This document shows, piece after piece, positions 50,099 through 59,862 of a stretch of DNA of 64,000 nucleotides; the first letter of the stretch is position 1, and each line of letters starts with the position of its first letter. The position numbers and the translations under genes are program-made. This DNA is from Blastocatellia bacterium (GTDB taxonomy: Bacteria; Acidobacteriota; Blastocatellia; UBA7656): assembly GCA_963765495.1 (NCBI GenBank), contig CAVXWP010000001.1:800001-864000 (forward strand), given 5' to 3'. A model generated the notes under the pieces. The model had not been told where the DNA came from. It was given only the letters and a program-made list of their open reading frames with translations, and did no database searches.

Positions 50099-53038
50099 AT
50101 GGAACGCGTTCTGAGGTGTTCAATAATAAAAGCCGTAACAATTCTCATCTGTCTGCTGGGCCTGGCCCGGACGGGATTTTCTACTTCGGTCATCATACCT
50201 TCCGACGACGATCTGGTCATAAGCGCCCGCGCCATCGTCACGGGCACAGTGCTTTCGATGGGCACTGGCTTTGACGATGAACAGGAACGCGTATACACCT
50301 ACGTTACTTTGCAGGTCGAGGACGTGCTAAAAGGCGCGATTACCCAGCAAGAGATTATTTTGAAACAGGAGGGCGGTCAGTTCGGAGACCGCGGCGAAAT
50401 TTTATACGGCACTCCCGATTTCAGCGTAGGCGAGCGAGTGCTTGTATATCTGGACACGTGGGCCGACGGAAGCCTTCGGGTTCATCAGATGTTTCTGGGC
50501 AAGTTCTCCATCGTGAAGGACCCGGCGACCGGGCAGGAGATGGCGGTTCGAGCCAGTCTCAGAGACGACGTGGTCACAGTGCCTACGGTCAGCAATAAAG
50601 CAAAAGCGACCAACCGCATGGAGTTGAACGCGTACAAAGAGATGCTGCGCGAGAGGCTCGCGGCAAACCTTGCGCGCTCGACAGAGTTCCAGAATGCCTA
50701 TTATGGAAATGTGCCGATGTATGCTCGCCCGCTCAATTACGATGCGGAGAAGGCGCGGGGAGGCATACTGCCGAGCTTTGTCACGATAAGCCCGCTCAAC
50801 CCGCGATGGTTCGAGCCCGATTCGGGGCTGCCCGTCTCTTTCAAGGTCAACCCTGACAATGCGCCTTACGCGACAGTCAACGATGACATCACGGCGGCGA
50901 TGAACGCGTGGACCCACGTCAACGGGATTCCTCTTGAAGTGATAATAGGCGGCACGACGAGTTCCTGTTCGCCGTCTCTTTCAGAGAACACGATAATCTT
51001 CAACGGATGCGACGGGCGATGGTCGCCAAGCTCAGGTTGTCAGGGCGTACTTGCGCTCGGCGGGTTGAGCTGGACCGGTGCTTCGATAACGATAGAAGGC
51101 ACGACCTTTCGCAAGGCCGCAGCCGGGTTTATATCGTTTAATCCATACACCTGCTACTTCTCGAATCACTGCAACGTTCAGGAAGTCACTACGCACGAGC
51201 TTGGACACGCTCTGGGGCTCGGCCATTCGCAGTTCAGCGTCGCCACGATGTGGGGCGTAGCGCACTTCGACGGGCGTTGTGCTTCAATCAAGCAGGACGA
51301 TATTGACGGGATTTCTTTCCTGTATCCTCCGGCGGGTGGCGGCGGCGGTGGCGGGGGTGGAAGCCCTCTCGCTATCACGACATCTTCTCTGCCTTCGGGC
51401 ACAGTCGGCTCGACCTATTCGCAGAGCCTTGCCGCATCAGGCGGGACGCAACCATACAGTTGGAGTCTTGCAACGGGGTCGGGACCGCTCCCTTCGGGTT
51501 TGAACCTGAGTTCAAGCGGCGTGATAAGCGGAGTGCCCGCGTCAAGCGGCACATCGAGCTTCTCGATAAAGGTTATGGATTCCGCGGGCGCATCTTCGCA
51601 AAAAGCCTTCGCCATCACGGTCAACGGAACATCCTCACAAAACTATGATTCGATATTTTTATCCCAGACCGTGCCGCAGACGCTGCAACCCGGGCAACAG
51701 TTCACCGTCAACCTCAAATGGCAAAACACGGGAACGGCCACGTGGAACGGATACTCCGGGTTCAGGGTGGGGTCACAAAACCCCGCAAACAACGGGACAT
51801 GGGGAGGCAATACCGTGTTGCTGCCCGGATTCGTAATCCCCGCCGGTCAGACGCTCGACCTTTCATTTAACGCTTTTGCGCCAGTCGAGCCCGGCCTCTA
51901 CGATTTTCAGTGGCAACTGGTGCAGGACAACGTGTTTTTTGGCCAGATGTCGTCCAACGCTCAGATAGCGGTAGGAGTGATTACAGATGAGTCTCCGCCT
52001 GCTATGAGCGGTTCTACTTCGCTGACGGCGGTCAAGGCCGTTGCCTTCAGTTATCAGTGGGCCGCAAGCGGCGGCACGCCCCCGTATACGTGGTCAATAG
52101 CGAGCGGCACCGTGCCTGCCGGGCTTGGGCTGAACGCGGCTACGGGCACGTTGTCGGGGACTCCGACCGATACGGGGAATTTCACGGTCGCTGTAAAGGT
52201 GACGGATTCCGCATTCTTAAGCGATCAAAAGACGGTGGCGATCACAGTAGAGCCTCCGCCCGCTGCGCAGATAGAAGTCACCACTTCATCGATCCCGGAT
52301 GCAGGAATTGGAGCGACCTTCATCTTCTCGTTAGAGGCCACAGGCGGCACACCGCCCTACACGTGGTCGATAGCCGGGGGTACGTTCCCTGCCGGATTGA
52401 GCCTGAACTCCACCACGGGCGTAATCTCAGGCGTGGCCGCATCGGCCGGGAATTTCTTATTTACGGTTCAGGTGACTGATTCCGCCTCGCACAAGGCTCA
52501 AAAGGATTTCTCGATCAAGATCAAGCCGGCCCCGCTTTCGATTGACGCGGTGCCGCAGATGGAAGTGATGATGGGAGCGCCCTTATTTTACCAGCCGAAA
52601 GCGAATGGGGGGACGCTGCCTTACACCTGGTCAATGACAGGCGGCGCGCTGCCTGCGGGGGTGGGGCTCAATACGAGCACGGGAACCATAAGCGGGACTC
52701 CGACCGTAAGCGGAACCTTTGATTTCAGCATCAGCGTCAAGGATGGAAATCAGACAAGCGCATCGACAGCGGTGCAGATCAAGGTGATCGACCCGGCAAG
52801 TATACCGCAGATAACCAATGCCAAATACAAACCGGCAGGCAGAAAGCTGATCGTAAAAGGTGAGCGGTTCGACCCGACGGCGAGGGTCAGGGTTGACGGG
52901 GGCGAGATAAATGTCAGCCCGAAGAACAGCCATAAATTTGTGATCAAGCGATTCCCTCTGGATAAGGGACCGCACACCGTTGTCGTAGTCAATTCCAGCG
53001 GAGGCATTTCGCAAAGCGTTACCTTCACTGTCAAATGA
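50099..53038 (+). CDS. Secreted metzincin (matrixin-like) protease with Ig-like repeats
   Basis: HELGHALGLGH with ATMW Met-turn; Gly linker; four GGT.PY.WS...G..P.GL repeats; an NBR1-Ig-like insert; C-terminal IPT-like domain. Confidence 0.85.
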   Translation: MERVLRCSIIKAVTILICLLGLARTGFSTSVIIPSDDDLVISARAIVTGTVLSMGTGFDDEQERVYTYVTLQVEDVLKGAITQQEIILKQEGGQFGDRGEILYGTPDFSVGERVLVYLDTWADGSLRVHQMFLGKFSIVKDPATGQEMAVRASLRDDVVTVPTVSNKAKATNRMELNAYKEMLRERLAANLARSTEFQNAYYGNVPMYARPLNYDAEKARGGILPSFVTISPLNPRWFEPDSGLPVSFKVNPDNAPYATVNDDITAAMNAWTHVNGIPLEVIIGGTTSSCSPSLSENTIIFNGCDGRWSPSSGCQGVLALGGLSWTGASITIEGTTFRKAAAGFISFNPYTCYFSNHCNVQEVTTHELGHALGLGHSQFSVATMWGVAHFDGRCASIKQDDIDGISFLYPPAGGGGGGGGGSPLAITTSSLPSGTVGSTYSQSLAASGGTQPYSWSLATGSGPLPSGLNLSSSGVISGVPASSGTSSFSIKVMDSAGASSQKAFAITVNGTSSQNYDSIFLSQTVPQTLQPGQQFTVNLKWQNTGTATWNGYSGFRVGSQNPANNGTWGGNTVLLPGFVIPAGQTLDLSFNAFAPVEPGLYDFQWQLVQDNVFFGQMSSNAQIAVGVITDESPPAMSGSTSLTAVKAVAFSYQWAASGGTPPYTWSIASGTVPAGLGLNAATGTLSGTPTDTGNFTVAVKVTDSAFLSDQKTVAITVEPPPAAQIEVTTSSIPDAGIGATFIFSLEATGGTPPYTWSIAGGTFPAGLSLNSTTGVISGVAASAGNFLFTVQVTDSASHKAQKDFSIKIKPAPLSIDAVPQMEVMMGAPLFYQPKANGGTLPYTWSMTGGALPAGVGLNTSTGTISGTPTVSGTFDFSISVKDGNQTSASTAVQIKVIDPASIPQITNAKYKPAGRKLIVKGERFDPTARVRVDGGEINVSPKNSHKFVIKRFPLDKGPHTVVVVNSSGGISQSVTFTVK

Positions 53039-53175
53039 ACGGGTGGGAAGAAGGCAATATGGGTGAAGAGTGATGCGTGATGCGTGACGCAAGCAGGCTT
53101 GCAAGTTATCTTAAACCTGCGACCTGCCTGAAAGTCACGTATTACGCGTCACGCTTCACGAATCACGTTTCGCGT

Positions 53176-54135
53176 CTATTTTTCCGGCTGGCTTTCCGAC
53201 AAAGCTTCCAGTCTCTTCGAGCCGTTGCCGCTCTGGTCTATTTTCATCGCGCCGGAGCGAAGATGAAGATCACGTTGCGGGAAGGGAATCTCTACGTTGT
53301 ACTTGCGGAATTGAGCGTCTATCTGAAAATTCACCTTGCTGCGAATGCGGGGATGTTTGTGAGGTTCTTTTATCCAGACCCGTATTTGAAAATCGAGCGA
53401 TGAATCGCCAAACCCGCTAAAATGGACCTGCGGAGGCGGGTCATCCATAACCTCTTCCACATTACGAGCCGCTTCCATCAAGGCGTCTGAAACCACTTTC
53501 AGATCGCTGCCATAGGCCACGCCGATCGGGATATCGAGTCGAACGGTTGGATCACCATAAGACCAGTTTATAAATTTTTCCTGAACCAGCTTTGAATTCG
53601 GAATGATGACGGCAATGTTTTCATTCGTTATAACGAGCGTCGAGCGGATACTGATATTTGCAACGCGGCCTTCTATCTCATCCAGCTTTATGCGGTCGCC
53701 CACGCGGACGGGCCTCTCAAAAAGCAGGATAAAACCCGAGACCATATCGGCGGCGATGTACTGGAGGCCAAAGCCTACGCCTACGGAAAGAAATCCGAGT
53801 ATGACGGCTACGCCGGTCAGGTCTATGCTGAAGCCGACCTTCAATGCGTAGAGGAGGCCGAATGTTATTATCAGGTAATGAGCGATTCTGAGCAGCGTGT
53901 ATTGAAGCCCCGCGTCAAAGGGGAAATTCGGCAATACGCGCTTTCTTAAAAAGCCCCTGGCGTATCGAGAGATCAGCGCGGCGAAGATCAGTATCGCGCC
54001 AAGCAGCACAAGGCTCAAAATAGAGACCTTGAACTGTTCCTGATTTACGAAATTGTAATTCAGAATGTGGAGAATCTTTTGGAGTATAGTATCGCTGAGC
54101 GAGGGTGGCGGTTGGGTGGATTCCTGAAAAATCAA
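53176..54135 (-). CDS. MscS-family mechanosensitive channel
   Basis: VGVGFGLQ...SGFILLFERP.RVGD, IPNS, GVAYGSD and IPFPQRDLH. Confidence 0.92.
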   Translation of the reverse strand: MIFQESTQPPPSLSDTILQKILHILNYNFVNQEQFKVSILSLVLLGAILIFAALISRYARGFLRKRVLPNFPFDAGLQYTLLRIAHYLIITFGLLYALKVGFSIDLTGVAVILGFLSVGVGFGLQYIAADMVSGFILLFERPVRVGDRIKLDEIEGRVANISIRSTLVITNENIAVIIPNSKLVQEKFINWSYGDPTVRLDIPIGVAYGSDLKVVSDALMEAARNVEEVMDDPPPQVHFSGFGDSSLDFQIRVWIKEPHKHPRIRSKVNFQIDAQFRKYNVEIPFPQRDLHLRSGAMKIDQSGNGSKRLEALSESQPEK

Positions 54136-54478
54136 TTGTCAATCTCCCGTTTTTTGGCGGGCTTACGGACCCGCTGTGGATGCCGGATTCAGCAATAATT
54201 CTTAATGAAGCGCCACGTGACTGCCGGTTCAAGAGCAGCATGAATGAACATAGACCCTGACTAATATAGCACTAACGGGTAGCGGTTCTTCAAGTAATGC
54301 GCGGATCAGACAGGGCTGGATAAGGGCTGGATAAGGACTTGATACCGGCTGGCGCTGGCACTGGCTTTCTCGGAATTGTTATACTTCTGGCTCACGATAA
54401 GCAGATAATTCATCATAAATCCCTGTTGCGAGGCGCAGCATTCGAATGCTGCCGGGTTAATCTGGAGGAATGTTCAAT

Positions 54479-55000
54479 ATGGCGAAGCAGTCATCGCAGA
54501 CCCGCGAAAGCAAGAAGGCTCAATTTGCCGAGCCAGTTCAACCCAAAAACAAGCTCACGCCTGTTTTGATAGTGATAGCGGCAGCCATGATTGGCGTGGT
54601 CGCTTATCTTATCGTGAGCAGTTCAGGCACTACCGAGGCTCCCGTCGCTTCGAATGCAACTGAGATAAGGATTCCGCTCGCGGATCTGGAGGGGGGCAAG
54701 GCGAAGTTTTTTGATCATACGTTGTCCGACAATAAGCCTGTCCGGTTCTTTGCGATCAAGAGTTCGGACGGCGTTTACCGCGCGGCGCTCGACGCCTGCG
54801 ACGTATGCTTTCACGCCAAGAAAGGTTATCGCCAGGAAGGCGATGACATGGTGTGTAATAATTGCGGATTGAAATTCCATTCCGCCTTGATCAATGAAGT
54901 CCACGGCGGCTGTAATCCGGTCGGGCTGCCTCGCACAATCGAAGGCGATTTTCTGGTTATCAAAACCAGTGAATTGGAGAGCCGGGGCGGCTACTTCTGA
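54479..55000 (+). CDS. DUF2318-type membrane-anchored Fe-S protein
   Basis: One TM; DACDVC, GY, VCNNCG and GGCNP. Confidence 0.85.
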   Translation: MAKQSSQTRESKKAQFAEPVQPKNKLTPVLIVIAAAMIGVVAYLIVSSSGTTEAPVASNATEIRIPLADLEGGKAKFFDHTLSDNKPVRFFAIKSSDGVYRAALDACDVCFHAKKGYRQEGDDMVCNNCGLKFHSALINEVHGGCNPVGLPRTIEGDFLVIKTSELESRGGYF

Positions 55001-55021
55001 AGGATTTGAGATTTGACGGGT

Positions 55022-56254
55022 ATGAGAATCAGCACTATAGCTTTCGCAAATCTGAAACGGCGCAAAGGCAAGGCCGCCTTTCTCGTCATAGGCATAGCCA
55101 TCGGCATAGGTACGGCGGTTGCCCTGTTGAGCCTGAGCGCATCAATAAAAGAAGAGATAGGTTCGCAGCTTGACCGCTTCGGAGCCAACATAGTCGTAGT
55201 GCCGCAATCAAACAGCCTCGCGCTCGATTACGGCGGCATATCGGTCTCAAGCGTCTCATTCGATGTTCATCAATTGAAAAACGAAGACGCCCGAAGCGTG
55301 CTCGATATACCTTATCGCAATCGCCTGAGCATAGTCGCGCCCAAGATTTTAGGCGCGGTCGCAGTCGAGGGGCGCGAGATTCTGGTTGCCGGTGTTGATT
55401 TCGAAAACGAACTGAAGCTCAAACGCTGGTGGCATATCACGGGTGAAACGCCCTCGGCAGAGCAGGACGTGATCGCGGGCTATGAAGTGGCGCGGGCGCT
55501 TTCGATAATCGAGCCGACCGCAGACTCGCATCTTGAAACCGTTTCGCACTCGGATCACGCGGATGTTCAAATTCCCTTCAAACTCGTTCGGGATCAGATT
55601 CAACTTGCCGGTTTCGCTCATCACGTTTCAGGCGTTATCGCACAGACCGGAGGGCCGGAAGACCGCATGATTTTCGGGTCGCTCGCGCACATTCAATCGC
55701 TTTTGGGAAAGCCCGATCAGTTGAGCCTGATCGAGGTGAGCGCGCTGTGCAAAGATTGCCCCGTCACGGATATAGTCGCGCAGATCAGCAACAAACTGCC
55801 GCACGCGAAGGTCTCGGCCATACAGCAATCCGTCCGCGCCCGTACGGAAACCGTCGAGCGGCTGACTCGATTCTCTGCCGTAGTCGCCGCCGTAGTGCTG
55901 GCAATCGGCGCGCTTATGATCTTCACAACCATGACGGGATCAATCGTCGAGCGCACAAAAGAGATAGGCGTCTTGCGCGCCATCGGCTTTCGCAAGACTC
56001 ATATCATCAAGGGGCTGATGATCGAAGTTGCGACCATAAGCATAGCAGGCGGTCTGCTTGGCTGGGTCGCCGGTATTTTTGCGAGCCGCCTGGCACTGCC
56101 TTATTTTGCCGAGACCGATATAGGTTTTCACCTCCAGCCCTCGCTTGCCCTTGCAGCCGTAGGCGCGGGTCTTGTGATAGGCGTACTCAGCAGTTTTTAT
56201 CCGATCATACGCGCCTCGCGGCTCGACCCCTCCGAATCGGTCCGCTACGTTTGA
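55022..56254 (+). CDS. ABC transporter permease (MacB/FtsX type)
   Basis: N-terminal TM, GANIVV, ERTKEIGVLRAIG and YP..RASRLDP. Confidence 0.9.
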   Translation: MRISTIAFANLKRRKGKAAFLVIGIAIGIGTAVALLSLSASIKEEIGSQLDRFGANIVVVPQSNSLALDYGGISVSSVSFDVHQLKNEDARSVLDIPYRNRLSIVAPKILGAVAVEGREILVAGVDFENELKLKRWWHITGETPSAEQDVIAGYEVARALSIIEPTADSHLETVSHSDHADVQIPFKLVRDQIQLAGFAHHVSGVIAQTGGPEDRMIFGSLAHIQSLLGKPDQLSLIEVSALCKDCPVTDIVAQISNKLPHAKVSAIQQSVRARTETVERLTRFSAVVAAVVLAIGALMIFTTMTGSIVERTKEIGVLRAIGFRKTHIIKGLMIEVATISIAGGLLGWVAGIFASRLALPYFAETDIGFHLQPSLALAAVGAGLVIGVLSSFYPIIRASRLDPSESVRYV

Positions 56255-56268
56255 GGAAGTCCAACAGC

Positions 56269-56955
56269 GTGTCTTTTCTGCTAATTGAAAATGTCGGCAA
56301 GACTTACAGCGAAGACGGGCAGTCTTCGAGCGTGCGAGTGCTTTCAAACGTCACGGCCGAGATCGAAGAGGGCGAATTCGTCTGTCTGATGGGGCCTTCG
56401 GGTTCGGGCAAAAGCACGCTGCTTACGGTCGTAGGCGCGATGAACCACCCGACCGAGGGACGCGTCGTCGTAGACGACATCGATGTGTATGCATTGCCTG
56501 ATGAGCGCCGGGCAGATTTTCGCCGCGAGTATCTCGGTTTCGTATTTCAGCAGCATCACCTGATGCCTTATCTGAACACGATTGAAAACGCCATGCTCCC
56601 GCTTGCCACAGTGAATCTCGGCGCAAAACAGAAGCGAGAGCAGGCCGCAGAGGTGCTTGAGCGGGTCGGCCTCGCCGATAAAGCGCGGCGGCTGCCCAAT
56701 CAGCTCTCAGGCGGAGAGCAGGGACGGCTGGCCATCGCCCGCGCCATTATCAATAACCCTCCTTTGATACTTGCAGACGAGCCTACGGGCGCGCTCGATA
56801 CGCAAACGGGGCGCGAAGTGATGGAAGTATTTTTGAAACTCAACAAACAGGGACAGACTATCTTTATGGTCACGCACAACCCCGAAAACGCTATGCTTGC
56901 GCATCGAACAATAAACATCAAAGACGGGCGGATAGTCTCAGATGAGCGCATCTGA
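56269..56955 (+). CDS. ABC transporter ATP-binding protein (LolD-like)
   Basis: GTG start; GPSGSGKST, LSGGEQ, LADEPTG and VTH. Confidence 0.92.
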   Translation: MSFLLIENVGKTYSEDGQSSSVRVLSNVTAEIEEGEFVCLMGPSGSGKSTLLTVVGAMNHPTEGRVVVDDIDVYALPDERRADFRREYLGFVFQQHHLMPYLNTIENAMLPLATVNLGAKQKREQAAEVLERVGLADKARRLPNQLSGGEQGRLAIARAIINNPPLILADEPTGALDTQTGREVMEVFLKLNKQGQTIFMVTHNPENAMLAHRTINIKDGRIVSDERI

Positions 56956-58251
56956 TCAGGCGGGCAAGCCTGAGTGAATCGCTTTTTCCACCGCCTCGCA
57001 GAAAGTGTCTATCTCTTCCACCGTGGTGTAGACATTCGGCGTAACTCTGATGCCGTTGAATTCTTCGTGGCCTATGGGTGTGACTATGATTCTGTACTGC
57101 TGCCAGAGGTGAGCGCCGAGTTTATAGTGATCCATTCCTTCTATGTGAAAATTGGCCAGCCCGCAAGATTGCTGTGGGTCGTAGGGCGTAAGGAGTCGCA
57201 CTCCTTCCATCTTCTCAAGCCTTCGCGCCCAGCGGTCTTTCAGATAGCGCAACCGCGCGGCCTTGCGCTCGCTTCCTATCCCTTCGTGAAAGGTGAGAGC
57301 CTCCGATATAGCATTGTGATTGGCCGCCGGGTGTGTGCCTATCTCTTCAAACTTGCGGATGTTATCATCCGATTTCTCATCGGCCGCCATCAGAGGCCAC
57401 AGCTTTTTGATCTTCGATTTCCTCACGTAAAGAAACCCGGTTCCGTGCGGCGCAAGCAGCCATTTGTGCAGGCTCGTGCCGTAGAAATCGCAATCCAGGT
57501 CTTCGTGCTTGAAGGGGAAGTGCGCGAATGCGTGCGCGCCGTCTACGATTACCTCGATGCCGCGTTCGCGCGCCATGCGGCAAATCTGCTTGATAGGAAA
57601 AATCTGACCCGTGAGGTTTGTGATGTGGCAGACCAGTATGACTTTTGTGCGCGGCGTCAATGCCCGCACGAATCGCTCGTAAAGATCATCCATCGAAGGG
57701 GGCGGCACGGGAAACGAGATCATCCTGAGCTTTACGCCTTCTCTCCGCTCGCGCTGCCGCCAGCTTGTGAGCATCCTCGGGTAATCCTGATTAGTGGTTA
57801 GTATTTCATCGCCCGCTTTGAGGTCGAGGCCGAAGATGCAGTTTTCGAGTGATTCGCTTGCATTTCGAGTGATGGCTATCTCTTCCGGGTCGCATCCGAA
57901 CATTGCGGCAAGGCGGCGGCGGACGCTTTCGACTTCGGGTTCGAGCACCTGCCACATATTTATAGTTGGAGCCTGATTTGAAAATTCAAGATAGCGGCGC
58001 ATCGCCTCCTGCACGATGCGAGGCGAAGGGCTGACGCCTCCGTTGTTGAGATTGATGAGCGAGCGATCAACGGTAAATGCCTGTTGAATCTCGCGCCAGA
58101 AATCTTCGTTGCTTGCGATATCTTCGGGAGATACGCGGCTCGCGCTGCGCGAGGCCGCAAATATCCGCTCGATACCTCCTTCCCGAAAAGAAGCCGTGAG
58201 CATCGCTGTTGCGCCGCCAAGAGTTCTCAAGAAGCCTCGCCTTGTAAACAT
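56956..58251 (-). CDS. Class V PLP-dependent enzyme (isopenicillin-N epimerase / desulfurase-like) with Tat signal
   Basis: TRRGFL; LNNGGVSP, DGAH and SLHKWL. Confidence 0.85.
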   Translation of the reverse strand: MFTRRGFLRTLGGATAMLTASFREGGIERIFAASRSASRVSPEDIASNEDFWREIQQAFTVDRSLINLNNGGVSPSPRIVQEAMRRYLEFSNQAPTINMWQVLEPEVESVRRRLAAMFGCDPEEIAITRNASESLENCIFGLDLKAGDEILTTNQDYPRMLTSWRQRERREGVKLRMISFPVPPPSMDDLYERFVRALTPRTKVILVCHITNLTGQIFPIKQICRMARERGIEVIVDGAHAFAHFPFKHEDLDCDFYGTSLHKWLLAPHGTGFLYVRKSKIKKLWPLMAADEKSDDNIRKFEEIGTHPAANHNAISEALTFHEGIGSERKAARLRYLKDRWARRLEKMEGVRLLTPYDPQQSCGLANFHIEGMDHYKLGAHLWQQYRIIVTPIGHEEFNGIRVTPNVYTTVEEIDTFCEAVEKAIHSGLPA

Positions 58252-58312
58252 GATCGCCTCCTGTATGGGGGTTTTAAGAAATGCGGCAGGATTTTATCAC
58301 AATAAAATCCCT

Positions 58313-59062
58313 TCACCGAAACAAATCCAGTTCCGGTCGCCGGATCAATTCGGCGGCGCTCGCCTCTCTCGCCTCGTAATCGAATCCGCGCACTATCGCG
58401 ACGGGCACGCCGAGACTTTTTCCCGTCACGAGTTCTGCGGCCGAAGCCAGTTCATCGGCCACCGCCAGAACCGTGACCCTCAGCAATTGCCCGTGCGAAT
58501 CCAACTGCCCTCGATAATCGGTCAAAGGCGCTATCCCTGAGACTCCGAGCGCGACATTGACAAGCCCTTCGCGCCACGGACGTCCGAAGGTATCAGAGAC
58601 GATGACCGCCAGACGAACGCCGAAAACCGCTTCGAGTCTTGCGCGTATCAGTTGCGCTGATTCATCCGGGTTTTCCGGGAGCAGCACGACCGTTCCTTCT
58701 GCTGTATTCGATGTGTCTACACCGGCATTTGCGCAAACAAAGCCGTGATGAGTCTCTGAAATAATCAGGCCGCGCTCCATTCTCACTATTCGCCGGGTCT
58801 GATTGAGGACCACCTCTACGACGCGCGCGTCCTTGCCGTACTCATCGGCCCACCTGCGAGCGAGTGGCGACGGGTTCACCGAATCGAGCCGAAGGATGCG
58901 GCCCTCGGCCTTCGAGACTATTTTTTGCGCGATCACAAAGACATCGCGATCCTTGATTACGGCGGACGACCTCCGCGCGGCATCCGCGATCAGTGAAGGC
59001 AGGTCGTCGCCCTCAGATATTTCGGGCAGACCCGCGAGCCCCGTAATCGTGATTTCAGCCAT
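58313..59062 (-). CDS. cofE: Coenzyme F420-0:L-glutamate ligase
   Basis: QKIVSKAEGR, CANAGVD.SN, DTFGRPWR.G and ADELASAA.L. Confidence 0.92.
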   Translation of the reverse strand: MAEITITGLAGLPEISEGDDLPSLIADAARRSSAVIKDRDVFVIAQKIVSKAEGRILRLDSVNPSPLARRWADEYGKDARVVEVVLNQTRRIVRMERGLIISETHHGFVCANAGVDTSNTAEGTVVLLPENPDESAQLIRARLEAVFGVRLAVIVSDTFGRPWREGLVNVALGVSGIAPLTDYRGQLDSHGQLLRVTVLAVADELASAAELVTGKSLGVPVAIVRGFDYEAREASAAELIRRPELDLFR

Positions 59063-59114
59063 GACGCTTTTTGACAGGATCAACAAGATTAACAGGAATC
59101 CCGTCAAATCCCTT

Positions 59115-59771
59115 CTAAATCCTGTCAACACGGTCAAAGATTCCCATCCTGACAAGCGTATTGAAAGTTTCTGTGCCCCGCCCTGCCTCTAAAAATAATT
59201 TCAGATCGGCCGGATCATCAATATCGAGCGCGATTCTTGGATTGGTTACGACCACGCACCGACTGCCCGCGCGAGCGGCTTCTTCCTTGTGCAATGCGAG
59301 CGAATTCGGGCCGAAGCGCGAAGGGAATAAATCGGCCGGGGCGCGAACGATGGCGTTTGTTCCCGTTCCGTCACGCGAAGGCACAAGCAGGGTGGCGGGC
59401 GCTCTGAGTTCTGTTGCCAGCAATTCGTCCACGTCTTCGGCCCTCACGAGCGGTATGTCTGCGGGCAGCCTCATCACGGCGTCAAATCCCTGTCGACGGA
59501 GTCTTCGCGAGGCCCAGTCTATCGAGGCGCTTTCCGAATCCTGAGTCTCTTCCCTCAGCACTTCCCACCCAAGGTTGCGGGCGCGCTCGATTGCTGCATC
59601 AAAGCTTGTGACGATAAAGATTCGGTCGGCTTCTTTCGCCCCGGTAACAGCGCGACTGACATCTTCAAACATAGCCCATGCCAGATGCCGCCTTTCATCT
59701 GCCGATAGCAACCGGTCAAGGCGCGTCTTTGCCCGCACAGGCTCTTTAATTGGAATCAGTAATGCTTTCAT
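59115..59771 (-). CDS. cofC: 2-phospho-L-lactate/PEP guanylyltransferase
   Basis: IPIK....AKTRL, PADIP, GTGTNA, FGPNS...H and DIDDPADL. Confidence 0.88.
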   Translation of the reverse strand: MKALLIPIKEPVRAKTRLDRLLSADERRHLAWAMFEDVSRAVTGAKEADRIFIVTSFDAAIERARNLGWEVLREETQDSESASIDWASRRLRRQGFDAVMRLPADIPLVRAEDVDELLATELRAPATLLVPSRDGTGTNAIVRAPADLFPSRFGPNSLALHKEEAARAGSRCVVVTNPRIALDIDDPADLKLFLEAGRGTETFNTLVRMGIFDRVDRI

Positions 59772-59778
59772 CCATCAA

Positions 59779-59862
59779 GTTTGAGTTTTGAATTATGAGT
59801 TTTGAGTTTTGAATTTTCACGACGACGCGCTAATTCAAAACTCAAAACTCATAATTCAAAAC
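59779..59862. repeat. Inverted heptamer arrays (TTTTGAG/TTTTGAA type)
   Basis: Read directly; overlaps the cofD stop. Confidence 0.85.

Noticed and set aside
55747-56268. 402-aa version of the ABC ATPase
   Set aside because: The extension overlaps the permease in another frame; GTG at 56269 gives a normal-sized ATPase.
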